Positions 1-15,000 of a stretch of DNA of 64,000 nucleotides are shown here, piece after piece. Origin of the DNA: Eledone cirrhosa (lineage: Eukaryota). Location of the stretch: assembly GCA_964016885.1 (NCBI GenBank), contig OZ024741.1, forward strand, positions 10,044,001 through 10,108,000, written 5' to 3'. The notes beneath the pieces were generated by a model. That model did not search any database. It had not been told where the DNA came from and saw only the letters and a list, made by a program, of their open reading frames with translations. Both the position numbers and the translations under genes were made by a program. Within the stretch, counting starts at the first letter, position 1. Every line of letters starts with the position of its first letter.

Positions 1-3000
1 ACAGTAGTCTTTTGTTGTAGTGTTTGGAACACTAAATGGACGCAACAGTAGTGTCTTTTGTTGTAGTGTTTGGAACACTAAATGGATGCAACAGTAGTGT
101 CTGTTGTTGTAGTGTTTGGAACACTAAATGTATGCAACAGTAGTGTCTTTTGTTGTAGTGTTTGGAACACTAAATGTATGCAACAGTAGTGTCTTTTGTT
201 GTAGTGTTTGGAACACTAAATGGATGCAACAGTAGTGTCTTTTGTTGTAGTGTTTGGAACACTAAATGGATGCAACAGTAGTGTCTTTTGTTGTAGTGTT
301 TGGAACACTAAATGGATGCAACAGTAGTGTCTTTTGTTGTAGTGTTTGGAACACTAAATGGATGCAACAGTAGTGTCTTTTGTTGTAGTGTTTGGAACAC
401 TAAATGGATGCAACAGTAGTGTCTTTTGTTGTAGTGTTTGGAACACTAAATGGATGCAACAGTAGTGTCTTTTGTTGTAGTGTTTGGAACACTAAATGTA
501 TGCAACAGTAGTGTCTTTTGTTGTAGTGTTTGGAACACTAAATGGATGCAACAGTAGTGTCTTTTGTTGTAGTGTTTGGAACACTAAATGTATGCAACAG
601 TAGTATCTTTTGTTGTAGTGTTTGGAACACTAAATGTATGCAACAGTAGTGTCTTTTGTTGTAGTGTTTGGAACACTAAATGGATGCAACAGTAGTATCT
701 TTTGTTGTAGTGTTTGGAACACTAAATGTATGCAACAGTAGTGTCTTTTGTTGTAGTGTTTGGAACACTAAATGGATGCAACAGTAGTGTCTTTTGTTGT
801 AGTGTTTGGAACACTAAATGTATGCAACAGTAGTGTCTTTTGTTGTAGTGTTTGGAACACTAAATGGATGCAACAGTAGTATCTTTTGTTGTAGTGTTTG
901 GAACACTAAATGTATGCAACAGTAGTGTCTTTTGTTGTAGTGTTTGGAACACTAAATGGATGCAACAGTAGTATCTTTTGTTGTAGTGTTTGGAACACTA
1001 AATGTATGCAACAGTAGTGTCTTTTGTTGTAGTGTTTGGAACACTAAATGGATGCAACAGTATTGTCTTTTGTTGTAGTGTTTGGAACACTAAATGTATG
1101 CAACAGTAGTATCTTTTGTTGTAGTGTTTGGAACACTAAATGGATGCAACAGTAGTGTCTTTTGTTGTAGTGTTTGGAACACTAAATGGATGCAACAGTA
1201 GTGTCTTTTCTTTTAGTGTTTGGAACACTAAATGTATGCAACAGTAGTATCTTTTGTTGTAGTGCTTGGAACACTAAATGTATGCAACAGTAGTATCTTT
1301 TGTTGTAGTGTTTGGAACACTAAATGGATGCAACAGTAGTGTCTTTTCTTTTAGTGTTTGGAACACTAAATGTATGCAACAGTAGTATCTTTTGTTGTAG
1401 TGTTTGGAACACTAAATGGATGCAACAGTAGTGTCTTTTGTTGTAGTGTTTGGAACACTAAATGGATGCAACAGTAGTGTCTTTTCTTGTAGTGTTTGGA
1501 ACACTAAATGTATGCAACAGTAGTATCTTTTCTTGTAGTGTTTGGAACACTAAATGTATGCAACAGTAGTGTCTTTTGTTGTAGTGTTTGGAACACTAAA
1601 TGGATGCAACAGTAGTGTCTTTTGTTGTAGTGTTTGGAACACTAAATGGATGCAACAGTAGTGTCTTTTCTTGTAGTGTTTGGAACACTAAATGGATGCA
1701 ACAGTAGTGTCTTTTCTTGTAGTGTTTGGAACACTAAATGGATGCAACAGTAGTGTCTTTTCTTGTAGTGTTTGGAACACTAAATGGATGCAACAGTAGT
1801 ATCTTTTCTTGTAGTGTTTGGAACACTAAATGTATGCAACAGTAGTATCTTTTGTTGTAGTGTTTGGAACACTAAATGGATGCAACAGTAGTGTCTTTTG
1901 TTGTAGTGTTTGGAACACTAAATAGATGCAACAGCAGTATCTATTCTTGTGTTTGGAACACTAAATGGATTCAACAGTAGTATCTTTTGTTGTAGTGTTT
2001 GGAACACTAAATGGATGCAACAGTAGTGTCTTTTGTTGTAGTGTTTGGAACACTAAATAGATGCAACAGCAGTATCTATTCTTGTGTTTGGAACACTAAA
2101 TGGATTCAACAGTAGTGTCTTTTGTTGTAGTGTTTGGAACACTAAATAGATGCAACAGTAGTGTCTTTTGTTGTAGTGTTTGGAACACTAAATGTATGCA
2201 ACAGTAGTCTTTTCTTGTAGTGTTTGGAACACTAAATGGATTCAACAGTAGTATCTTTTGTTGTAGTGTTTGGAACACTAAATGGATGCAACAGTAGTGT
2301 CTTTTGTTGTGTTTGGAACACTAAATGGATGCAACAGTAGTGTCTTTTGTTGTAGTGTTTGGAACACTAAATGGATGCAACAGTAGTGTCTTTTGTTGTA
2401 GTGTTTGGAACACTAAATGGATGCAACAGTAGTGTCTTTTGTTGTAGTGTTTGGAACACTAAATGGATGCAACAGTAGTGTCTTTTGTTGTAGTGTTTGG
2501 AACACTAAATGGATGCAACAGTAGTGTCTTTTGTTGTAGTGTTTGGAACACTAAATGGATGCAACAGTAGTGTCTTTTGTTGTAGTGTTTGGAACACTAA
2601 ATGGATGCAACAGTAGTGTCTTTTGTTGTAGTGTTTGGAACACTAAATGGATGCAACAGTAGTGTCTTTTGTTGTAGTGTTTGGAACACTAAATGGATGC
2701 AACAGTAGTGTCTTTTGTTGTAGTGTTTGGAACACTAAATAGATGCAACAGTAGTGTCTTTTGTTGTAGTGTTTGGAACACTAAATGGATGCAACAGTAG
2801 TGTCTTTTGTTGTGTTTGGAACACTAAATAGATGCAACAGCAGTATCTATTCTTGTGTTTGGAACACTAAATGGATTCAACAGTAGTATCTTTTGTTGTA
2901 GTGTTTGGAACACTAAATGGATGCAACAGTAGTGTCTTTTGTTGTAGTGTTTGGAACACTAAATAGATGCAACAGCAGTATCTATTCTTGTGTTTGGAAC

Positions 3001-6000
3001 ACTAAATGGATTCAACAGTAGTGTCTTTTGTTGTAGTGTTTGGAACACTAAATAGATGCAACAGTAGTGTCTTTTGTTGTAGTGTTTGGAACACTAAATG
3101 TATGCAACAGTAGTCTTTTCTTGTAGTGTTTGGAACACTAAATGGATTCAACAGTAGTATCTTTTGTTGTAGTGTTTGGAACACTAAATGGATGCAACAG
3201 TAGTGTCTTTTGTTGTGTTTGGAACACTAAATGGATGCAACAGTAGTGTCTTTTGTTGTAGTGTTTGGAACACTAAATGGATGCAACAGTAGTGTCTTTT
3301 GTTGTAGTGTTTGGAACACTAAATGGATGCAACAGTAGTGTCTTTTGTTGTAGTGTTTGGAACACTAAATGGATGCAACAGTAGTGTCTTTTGTTGTAGT
3401 GTTTGGAACACTAAATGGATGCAACAGTAGTGTCTTTTGTTGTAGTGTTTGGAACACTAAATGGATGCAACAGTAGTGTCTTTTGTTGTAGTGTTTGGAA
3501 CACTAAATGGATGCAACAGTAGTGTCTTTTGTTGTAGTGTTTGGAACACTAAATGGATGCAACAGTAGTGTATTTTGTTGTAGTGTTTGGAACACTAAAT
3601 GGATGCAACAGTAGTGTCTTTTGTTGTAGTGTTTGGAACACTAAATAGATGCAACAGTAGTGTCTTTTGTTGTAGTGTTTGGAACACTAAATGGATGCAA
3701 CAGTAGTGTCTTTTGTTGTGTTTGGAACACTAAATGGATGCAACAGTAGTGTCTTTTGTTGTAGTGTTTGGAACACTAAATGGATGCAACAGTAGTGTCT
3801 TTTGTTGTAGTGTTTGGAACACTAAATGGATGCAACAGTAGTGTCTTTTGTTGTAGTGTTTGGAACACTAAATGGATGCAACAGTAGTGTCTTTTGTTGT
3901 AGTGTTTGGAACACTAAATGGATGCAACAGTAGTGTCTTTTGTTGTAGTGTTTGGAACACTAAATGGATGCAACAGTAGTGTCTTTTGTTGTAGTGTTTG
4001 GAACACTAAATGGATGCAACAGTAGTGTCTTTTGTTGTAGTGTTTGGAACACTAAATGGATGCAACAGTAGTGTCTTTTGTTGTAGTGTTTGGAACACTA
4101 AATGGATGCAACAGTTATGTCTTTTGTTGTAGTGTTTGGAACACTAAATGGATGCAACAGTAGTGTCTTTTGTTGTAGTGTTTGGAACACTAAATGGATG
4201 CAACAGTAGTATCTTTTCTTGTAGTGTTTGGAACACTAAATGGATGCAACAGTAGTGTCTTTTGTTGTAGTGTTTGGAACACTAAATGGATGCAACAGTA
4301 GTCTTTTCTTGTAGTGTTTGGAACACTAAATGGATGCAACAGTAGTGTCTTTTGTTGTAGTGTTTGGAACACTAAATGGATGCAACAGTAGTGTCTTTTG
4401 TTGTAGTGTTTGGAACACTAAATGGATGCAACAGTAGTGTCTTTTGTTGTAGTGTTTGGAACACTAAATGGATGCAACAGTAGTGTCTTTTGTTGTAGTG
4501 TTTGGAACACTAAATGGATGCAACAGTAGTGTCTTTTGTTGTAGTGTTTGGAACACTAAATGGATGCAACAGTAGTGTCTTTTGTTGTAGTGTTTGGAAC
4601 ACTAAATGGATGCAACAGTAGTGTCTTTTGTTGTAGTGTTTGGAACACTAAATGGATGCAACAGTAGTGTCTTTTGTTGTAGTGTTTGGAACACTAAATG
4701 GATGCAACAGTAGTGTCTTTTGTTGTAGTGTTTGGAACACTAAATGGATGCAACAGTAGTGTCTTTTGTTGTAGTGTTTGGAACACTAAATGGATGCAAC
4801 AGTAGTGTCTTTTCTTGTAGTGTTTGGAACACTAAATGTATGCAACAGTAGTATCTTTTCTTGTAGTGTTTGGAACACTAAATGTATGCAACAGTAGTCT
4901 TTTCTTGTAGTGTTTGGAACACTAAATGGACGCAACAGTAGTGTCTTTTGTTGTAGTGTTTGGAACACTAAATGGATGCAACAGTAGTGTCTGTTGTTGT
5001 AGTGTTTGGAACACTAAATGTATGCAACAGTAGTGTCTTTTGTTGTAGTGTTTGGAACACTAAATGTATGCAACAGTAGTGTCTTTTGTTGTAGTGTTTG
5101 GAACACTAAATGGATGCAACAGTAGTGTCTTTTGTTGTAGTGTTTGGAACACTAAATGGATGCAACAGTAGTGTCTTTTGTTGTAGTGTTTGGAACACTA
5201 AATGGATGCAACAGTAGTGTCTTTTGTTGTAGTGTTTGGAACACTAAATGGATGCAACAGTAGTGTCTTTTGTTGTAGTGTTTGGAACACTAAATGGATG
5301 CAACAGTAGTGTCTTTTCTTGTAGTGTTTGGAACACTAAATGTATGCAACAGTAGTATCTTTTCTTGTAGTGTTTGGAACACTAAATGTATGCAACAGTA
5401 GTGTCTTTTGTTGTAGTGTTTGGAACACTAAATGTATGCAACAGTAGTGTCTTTTCTTGTAGTGTTTGGAACACTAAATGGATGCAACAGTAGTGTCTTT
5501 TGTTGTAGTGTTTGGAACACTAAATGTATGCAACAGTAGTGTCTTTTCTTTTAGTGTTTGGAACACTAAATGTATGCAACAGTAGTATCTTTTCTTGTAG
5601 TGTTTGGAACACTAAATGTATGCAACAGTAGTGTCTTTTCTTGTAGTGTTTGGAACACTAAATGGATGCAACAGTAGTGTCTTTTCTTGTAGTGTTTGGA
5701 ACACTAAATGGATGCAACAGTAGTGTCTTTTCTTGTAGTGTTTGGAACACTAAATGGATGCAACAGTAGTATCTTTTCTTGTAGTGTTTGGAACACTAAA
5801 TGTATGCAACAGTAGTATCTTTTGTTGTAGTGTTTGGAACACTAAATGGATGCAACAGTAGTGTCTTTTGTTGTAGTGTTTGGAACACTAAATAGATGCA
5901 ACAGCAGTATCTATTCTTGTGTTTGGAACACTAAATGGATTCAACAGTAGTATCTTTTGTTGTAGTGTTTGGAACACTAAATGGATGCAACAGTAGTGTC

Positions 6001-9000
6001 TTTTGTTGTAGTGTTTGGAACACTAAATAGATGCAACAGTAGTGTCTTTTGTTGTAGTGTTTGGAACACTAAATGGATGCAACAGTAGTGTCTTTTGTTG
6101 TGTTTGGAACACTAAATGGATGCAACAGTAGTGTCTTTTGTTGTAGTGTTTGGAACACTAAATAGATGCAACAGCAGTATCTATTCTTGTGTTTGGAACA
6201 CTAAATAGATGCAACAGTAGTATCTTTTCTTGTGTTTGGAACACTAAATGGATGCAACAGTAGTGTCTTTTGTTGTAGTGTTTGGAACACTAAATGGATG
6301 CAACAGTAGTGTCTTTTGTTGTAGTGTTTGGAACACTAAATGGATGCAACAGTAGTGTCTTTTGTTGTAGTGTTTGGAACACTAAATGGATGCAACAGTA
6401 GTGTCTTTTGTTGTAGTGTTTGGAACACTAAATAGATGCAACAGTAGTATCTTTTCTTGTGTTTGGAACACTAAATGGATGCAACAGTAGTGTCTTTTGT
6501 TGTAGTGTTTGGAACACTAAATGGATGCAACAGTAGTGTCTTTTGTTGTAGTGTTTGGAACACTAAATAGATGCAACAGTAGTATCTTTTCTTGTGTTTG
6601 GAACACTAAATGGATGCAACAGTAGTGTCTTTTGTTGTAGTGTTTGGAACACTAAATGGATGCAACAGTAGTGTCTTTTGTTGTAGTGTTTGGAACACTA
6701 AATGGATGCAACAGTAGTGTCTTTTGTTGTAGTGTTTGGAACACTAAATAGATGCAACAGTAGTGTCTTTTGTTGTAGTGTTTGGAACACTAAATGGATG
6801 CAACAGTAGTGTCTTTTGTTGTGTTTGGAACACTAAATAGATGCAACAGCAGTATCTATTCTTGTGTTTGGAACACTAAATGGATTCAACAGTAGTATCT
6901 TTTGTTGTAGTGTTTGGAACACTAAATGGATGCAACAGTAGTGTCTTTTGTTGTAGTGTTTGGAACACTAAATAGATGCAACAGCAGTATCTATTCTTGT
7001 GTTTGGAACACTAAATGGATTCAACAGTAGTGTCTTTTGTTGTAGTGTTTGGAACACTAAATAGATGCAACAGTAGTGTCTTTTGTTGTAGTGTTTGGAA
7101 CACTAAATGTATGCAACAGTAGTCTTTTCTTGTAGTGTTTGGAACACTAAATGGATTCAACAGTAGTATCTTTTGTTGTAGTGTTTGGAACACTAAATGG
7201 ATGCAACAGTAGTGTCTTTTGTTGTGTTTGGAACACTAAATGGATGCAACAGTAGTGTCTTTTGTTGTAGTGTTTGGAACACTAAATGGATGCAACAGTA
7301 GTGTCTTTTGTTGTAGTGTTTGGAACACTAAATGGATGCAACAGTAGTGTCTTTTGTTGTAGTGTTTGGAACACTAAATGGATGCAACAGTAGTGTCTTT
7401 TGTTGTAGTGTTTGGAACACTAAATGGATGCAACAGTAGTGTCTTTTGTTGTAGTGTTTGGAACACTAAATGGATGCAACAGTAGTGTCTTTTGTTGTAG
7501 TGTTTGGAACACTAAATGGATGCAACAGTAGTGTCTTTTGTTGTAGTGTTTGGAACACTAAATGGATGCAACAGTAGTGTATTTTGTTGTAGTGTTTGGA
7601 ACACTAAATGGATGCAACAGTAGTGTCTTTTGTTGTAGTGTTTGGAACACTAAATAGATGCAACAGTAGTGTCTTTTGTTGTAGTGTTTGGAACACTAAA
7701 TGGATGCAACAGTAGTGTCTTTTGTTGTGTTTGGAACACTAAATGGATGCAACAGTAGTGTCTTTTGTTGTAGTGTTTGGAACACTAAATGGATGCAACA
7801 GTAGTGTCTTTTGTTGTAGTGTTTGGAACACTAAATGGATGCAACAGTAGTGTCTTTTGTTGTAGTGTTTGGAACACTAAATGGATGCAACAGTAGTGTC
7901 TTTTGTTGTAGTGTTTGGAACACTAAATGGATGCAACAGTAGTGTCTTTTGTTGTAGTGTTTGGAACACTAAATGGATGCAACAGTAGTGTCTTTTGTTG
8001 TAGTGTTTGGAACACTAAATGGATGCAACAGTAGTGTCTTTTGTTGTAGTGTTTGGAACACTAAATGGATGCAACAGTAGTGTCTTTTGTTGTAGTGTTT
8101 GGAACACTAAATGGATGCAACAGTTATGTCTTTTGTTGTAGTGTTTGGAACACTAAATGGATGCAACAGTAGTGTCTTTTGTTGTAGTGTTTGGAACACT
8201 AAATGGATGCAACAGTAGTATCTTTTCTTGTAGTGTTTGGAACACTAAATGGATGCAACAGTAGTGTCTTTTGTTGTAGTGTTTGGAACACTAAATGGAT
8301 GCAACAGTAGTCTTTTCTTGTAGTGTTTGGAACACTAAATGGATGCAACAGTAGTGTCTTTTGTTGTAGTGTTTGGAACACTAAATGGATGCAACAGTAG
8401 TGTCTTTTGTTGTAGTGTTTGGAACACTAAATGGATGCAACAGTAGTGTCTTTTGTTGTAGTGTTTGGAACACTAAATGGATGCAACAGTAGTGTCTTTT
8501 GTTGTAGTGTTTGGAACACTAAATGGATGCAACAGTAGTGTCTTTTGTTGTAGTGTTTGGAACACTAAATGGATGCAACAGTAGTGTCTTTTGTTGTAGT
8601 GTTTGGAACACTAAATGGATGCAACAGTAGTGTCTTTTGTTGTAGTGTTTGGAACACTAAATGGATGCAACAGTAGTGTCTTTTGTTGTAGTGTTTGGAA
8701 CACTAAATGGATGCAACAGTAGTGTCTTTTGTTGTAGTGTTTGGAACACTAAATGGATGCAACAGTAGTGTCTTTTGTTGTAGTGTTTGGAACACTAAAT
8801 GGATGCAACAGTAGTGTCTTTTCTTGTAGTGTTTGGAACACTAAATGTATGCAACAGTAGTATCTTTTCTTGTAGTGTTTGGAACACTAAATGTATGCAA
8901 CAGTAGTCTTTTCTTGTAGTGTTTGGAACACTAAATGGACGCAACAGTAGTGTCTTTTGTTGTAGTGTTTGGAACACTAAATGGATGCAACAGTAGTGTC

Positions 9001-12000
9001 TGTTGTTGTAGTGTTTGGAACACTAAATGTATGCAACAGTAGTGTCTTTTGTTGTAGTGTTTGGAACACTAAATGTATGCAACAGTAGTGTCTTTTGTTG
9101 TAGTGTTTGGAACACTAAATGGATGCAACAGTAGTGTCTTTTGTTGTAGTGTTTGGAACACTAAATGGATGCAACAGTAGTGTCTTTTGTTGTAGTGTTT
9201 GGAACACTAAATGGATGCAACAGTAGTGTCTTTTGTTGTAGTGTTTGGAACACTAAATGGATGCAACAGTAGTGTCTTTTGTTGTAGTGTTTGGAACACT
9301 AAATGGATGCAACAGTAGTGTCTTTTCTTGTAGTGTTTGGAACACTAAATGTATGCAACAGTAGTATCTTTTCTTGTAGTGTTTGGAACACTAAATGTAT
9401 GCAACAGTAGTGTCTTTTGTTGTAGTGTTTGGAACACTAAATGTATGCAACAGTAGTGTCTTTTCTTGTAGTGTTTGGAACACTAAATGGATGCAACAGT
9501 AGTGTCTTTTGTTGTAGTGTTTGGAACACTAAATGTATGCAACAGTAGTGTCTTTTCTTTTAGTGTTTGGAACACTAAATGTATGCAACAGTAGTATCTT
9601 TTCTTGTAGTGTTTGGAACACTAAATGTATGCAACAGTAGTGTCTTTTCTTGTAGTGTTTGGAACACTAAATGGATGCAACAGTAGTGTCTTTTCTTGTA
9701 GTGTTTGGAACACTAAATGGATGCAACAGTAGTGTCTTTTCTTGTAGTGTTTGGAACACTAAATGGATGCAACAGTAGTATCTTTTCTTGTAGTGTTTGG
9801 AACACTAAATGTATGCAACAGTAGTATCTTTTGTTGTAGTGTTTGGAACACTAAATGGATGCAACAGTAGTGTCTTTTGTTGTAGTGTTTGGAACACTAA
9901 ATAGATGCAACAGCAGTATCTATTCTTGTGTTTGGAACACTAAATGGATTCAACAGTAGTATCTTTTGTTGTAGTGTTTGGAACACTAAATGGATGCAAC
10001 AGTAGTGTCTTTTGTTGTAGTGTTTGGAACACTAAATAGATGCAACAGTAGTGTCTTTTGTTGTAGTGTTTGGAACACTAAATGGATGCAACAGTAGTGT
10101 CTTTTGTTGTGTTTGGAACACTAAATGGATGCAACAGTAGTGTCTTTTGTTGTAGTGTTTGGAACACTAAATAGATGCAACAGCAGTATCTATTCTTGTG
10201 TTTGGAACACTAAATAGATGCAACAGTAGTATCTTTTCTTGTGTTTGGAACACTAAATGGATGCAACAGTAGTGTCTTTTGTTGTAGTGTTTGGAACACT
10301 AAATGGATGCAACAGTAGTGTCTTTTGTTGTAGTGTTTGGAACACTAAATGGATGCAACAGTAGTGTCTTTTGTTGTAGTGTTTGGAACACTAAATGGAT
10401 GCAACAGTAGTGTCTTTTGTTGTAGTGTTTGGAACACTAAATAGATGCAACAGTAGTATCTTTTCTTGTGTTTGGAACACTAAATGGATGCAACAGTAGT
10501 GTCTTTTGTTGTAGTGTTTGGAACACTAAATGGATGCAACAGTAGTGTCTTTTGTTGTAGTGTTTGGAACACTAAATAGATGCAACAGTAGTATCTTTTC
10601 TTGTGTTTGGAACACTAAATGGATGCAACAGTAGTGTCTTTTGTTGTAGTGTTTGGAACACTAAATGGATGCAACAGTAGTGTCTTTTGTTGTAGTGTTT
10701 GGAACACTAAATGGATGCAACAGTAGTGTCTTTTGTTGTAGTGTTTGGAACACTAAATGGATGCAACAGTAGTGTCTTTTGTTGTAGTGTTTGGAACACT
10801 AAATAGATGCAACAGTAGTATCTTTTCTTGTGTTTGGAACACTAAATGGATGCAACAGTAGTGTCTTTTGTTGTAGTGTTTGGAACACTAAATGGATGCA
10901 ACAGTAGTGTCTTTTGTTGTAGTGTTTGGAACACTAAATGGATGCAACAGTAGTGTCTTTTGTTGTAGTGTTTGGAACACTAAATAGATGCAACAGTAGT
11001 ATCTTTTCTTGTGTTTGGAACACTAAATGGATGCAACAGTAGTGTCTTTTGTTGTAGTGTTTGGAACACTAAATGGATGCAACAGTAGTGTCTTTTGTTG
11101 TAGTGTTTGGAACACTAAATGGATGCAACAGTAGTGTCTTTTGTTGTAGTGTTTGGAACACTAAATGGATGCAACAGTAGTGTCTTTTGTTGTAGTGTTT
11201 GGAACACTAAATGGATGCAACAGTAGTGTCTTTTGTTGTAGTGTTTGGAACACTAAATAGATGCAACAGTAGTATCTTTTCTTGTGTTTGGAACACTAAA
11301 TGGATGCAACAGTAGTGTCTTTTGTTGTAGTGTTTGGAACACTAAATGGATGCAACAGTAGTGTCTTTTGTTGTAGTGTTTGGAACACTAAATGTATGCA
11401 ACAGTAGTGTCTTTTGTTGTAGTGTTTGGAACACTAAATGGATGCAACAGTAGTGTCTTTTGTTGTAGTGTTTGGAACACTAAATGGATGCAACAGTAGT
11501 GTCTTTTCTTGTAGTGTTTGGAACACTAAATGGATGCAACAGTAGTATCTATTCTTGTGTTTGGAACACTAAATGGATGCAACAGTAGTGTCTTTTGTTG
11601 TAGTGTTTGGAACACTAAATGGATGCAACAGTAGTGTCTTTTGTTGTAGTGTTTGGAACACTAAATGGATGCAACAGTAGTATCTATTCTTGTGTTTGGA
11701 ACACTAAATGGATGCAACAGTAGTGTCTTTTGTTGTAGTGTTTGGAACGCTAAATGGATGCAACAGTAGTGTCTTTTGTTGTAGTGTTTGGAACACTAAA
11801 TGGATGCAACAGTAGTATCTATTCTTGTGTTTGGAACACTAAATGGATGCAACAGTAGTGTCTTTTGTTGTAGTGTTTGGAACACTAAATGGATGCAACA
11901 GTAGTGTCTTTTGTTGTAGTGTTTGGAACACTAAATGGATGCAACAGTAGTATCTATTCTTGTGTTTGGAACACTAAATGGATGCAACAGTAGTGTCTTT

Positions 12001-15000
12001 TGTTGTAGTGTTTGGAACGCTAAATGGATGCAACAGTAGTGTCTTTTGTTGTAGTGTTTGGAACACTAAATGGATGCAACAGTAGTATCTATTCTTGTGT
12101 TTGGAACACTAAATGGATGCAACAGTAGTGTCTTTTGTTGTAGTGTTTGGAACACTAAATGGATGCAACAGTAGTGTCTTTTGTTGTAGTGTTTGGAACA
12201 CTAAATGGATGCAACAGTAGTATCTATTCTTGTGTTTGGAACACTAAATGGATGCAACAGTAGTGTCTTTTGTTGTAGTGTTTGGAACACTAAATGGATG
12301 CAACAGCAGTGTCTTTTGTTGTAGTGTTTGGAACACTAAATGGATGCAACAGTAGTATCTTTTGTTGTAGTGTTTGGAACACTAAATGGATGCAACAGTA
12401 GTATCTATTCTTGTGTTTGGAACACTAAATGGATGCAACAGTAGTGTCTTTTGTTGTAGTGTTTGGAACACTAAATGGATGCAACAGTAGTATCTTTTGT
12501 TGTAGTGTTTGGAACACTAAATGGATGCAACAGTAGTGTCTTTTGTTGTAGTGTTTGGAACACTAAATGGATGCAACAGTAGTATCTATTCTTGTGTTTG
12601 GAACACTAAATGGATGCAACAGTAGTGTCTTTTGTTGTAGTGTTTGGAACACTAAATGGATGCAACAGTAGTGTCTTTTGTTGTAGTGTTTGGAACACTA
12701 AATGGATGCAACAGTAGTGTCTTTTGTTGTAGTGTTTGGAACACTAAATGTATGCAACAGTAGTGTCTTTTGTTGTAGTGTTTGGAACACTAAATGGATG
12801 CAACAGTAGTGTCTTTTCTTGTAGTGTTTGGAACACTAAATGGATGCAACAGTAGTATCTATTCTTGTGTTTGGAACACTAAATGGATGCAACAGTAGTG
12901 TCTTTTGTTGTAGTGTTTGGAACACTAAATGGATGCAACAGTAGTGTCTTTTGTTGTAGTGTTTGGAACACTAAATGGATGCAACAGTAGTATCTATTCT
13001 TGTGTTTGGAACACTAAATGGATGCAACAGTAGTGTCTTTTGTTGTAGTGTTTGGAACGCTAAATGGATGCAACAGTAGTGTCTTTTGTTGTAGTGTTTG
13101 GAACACTAAATGGATGCAACAGTAGTATCTATTCTTGTGTTTGGAACACTAAATGGATGCAACAGTAGTGTCTTTTGTTGTAGTGTTTGGAACACTAAAT
13201 GGATGCAACAGTAGTGTCTTTTGTTGTAGTGTTTGGAACACTAAATGGATGCAACAGTAGTATCTATTCTTGTGTTTGGAACACTAAATGGATGCAACAG
13301 TAGTGTCTTTTGTTGTAGTGTTTGGAACGCTAAATGGATGCAACAGTAGTGTCTTTTGTTGTAGTGTTTGGAACACTAAATGGATGCAACAGTAGTATCT
13401 ATTCTTGTGTTTGGAACACTAAATGGATGCAACAGTAGTGTCTTTTGTTGTAGTGTTTGGAACACTAAATGGATGCAACAGTAGTGTCTTTTGTTGTAGT
13501 GTTTGGAACACTAAATGGATGCAACAGTAGTATCTATTCTTGTGTTTGGAACACTAAATGGATGCAACAGTAGTGTCTTTTGTTGTAGTGTTTGGAACAC
13601 TAAATGGATGCAACAGCAGTGTCTTTTGTTGTAGTGTTTGGAACACTAAATGGATGCAACAGTAGTATCTTTTGTTGTAGTGTTTGGAACACTAAATGGA
13701 TGCAACAGTAGTATCTATTCTTGTGTTTGGAACACTAAATGGATGCAACAGTAGTGTCTTTTGTTGTAGTGTTTGGAACACTAAATGGATGCAACAGTAG
13801 TATCTTTTGTTGTAGTGTTTGGAACACTAAATGGATGCAACAGTAGTGTCTTTTGTTGTAGTGTTTGGAACACTAAATGGATGCAACAGTAGTATCTATT
13901 CTTGTGTTTGGAACACTAAATGGATGCAACAGTAGTGTCTTTTGTTGTAGTGTTTGGAACACTAAATGGATGCAACAGTAGTGTCTTTTGTTGTAGTGTT
14001 TGGAACACTAAATGGATGCAACAGTAGTGTCTTTTGTTGTAGTGTTTGGAACACTAAATGTATGCAACAGTAGTGTCTTTTGTTGTAGTGTTTGGAACAC
14101 TAAATGGATGCAACAGTAGTATCTATTCTTGTGTTTGGAACACTAAATGGATGCAACAGTAGTGTCTTTTGTTGTAGTGTTTGGAACACTAAATGGATGC
14201 AACAGTAGTGTCTTTTGTTGTAGTGTTTGGAACACTAAATGTATGCAACAGTAGTGTCTTTTGTTGTAGTGTTTGGAACACTAAATGGATGCAACAGTAG
14301 TATCTATTCTTGTGTTTGGAACACTAAATGGATGCAACAGTAGTGTCTTTTGTTGTAGTGTTTGGAACACTTAATGGATGCAACAGTAGTGTCTTTTGTT
14401 GTAGTGTTTGGAACACTAAATGGATGCAACAGTAGTGTCTTTTGTTGTAGTGTTTGGAACACTAAATGGATGCAACAGTAGTGTCTTTTGTTGTAGTGTT
14501 TGGAACACTAAATGGATGCAACAGTAGTGTCTTTTGTTGTAGTGTTTGGAACACTAAATGGATGCAGCAGTAGTATCTATTCTTGTGTTTGGAACACTAA
14601 ATGGATGCAACAGTAGTGTCTTTTGTTGTAGTGTTTGGAACACTAAATGGATGCAACAGTAGTATCTATTCTTGTGTTTGGAACACTAAATGGATGCAAC
14701 AGTAGTGTCTTTTGTTGTAGTGTTTGGAACACTAAATGGATGCAACAGTAGTGTCTTTTGTTGTAGTGTTTGGAACACTAAATGGATGCAACAGTAGTAT
14801 CTATTCTTGTGTTTGGAACACTAAATGGATGCAACAGTAGTGTCTTTTGTTGTAGTGTTTGGAACACTAAATGGATGCAACAGTAGTATCTATTCTTGTG
14901 TTTGGAACACTAAATGGATGCAACAGTAGTGTCTTTTGTTGTAGTGTTTGGAACACTAAATGGATGCAACAGTAGTATCTATTCTTGTGTTTGGAACACT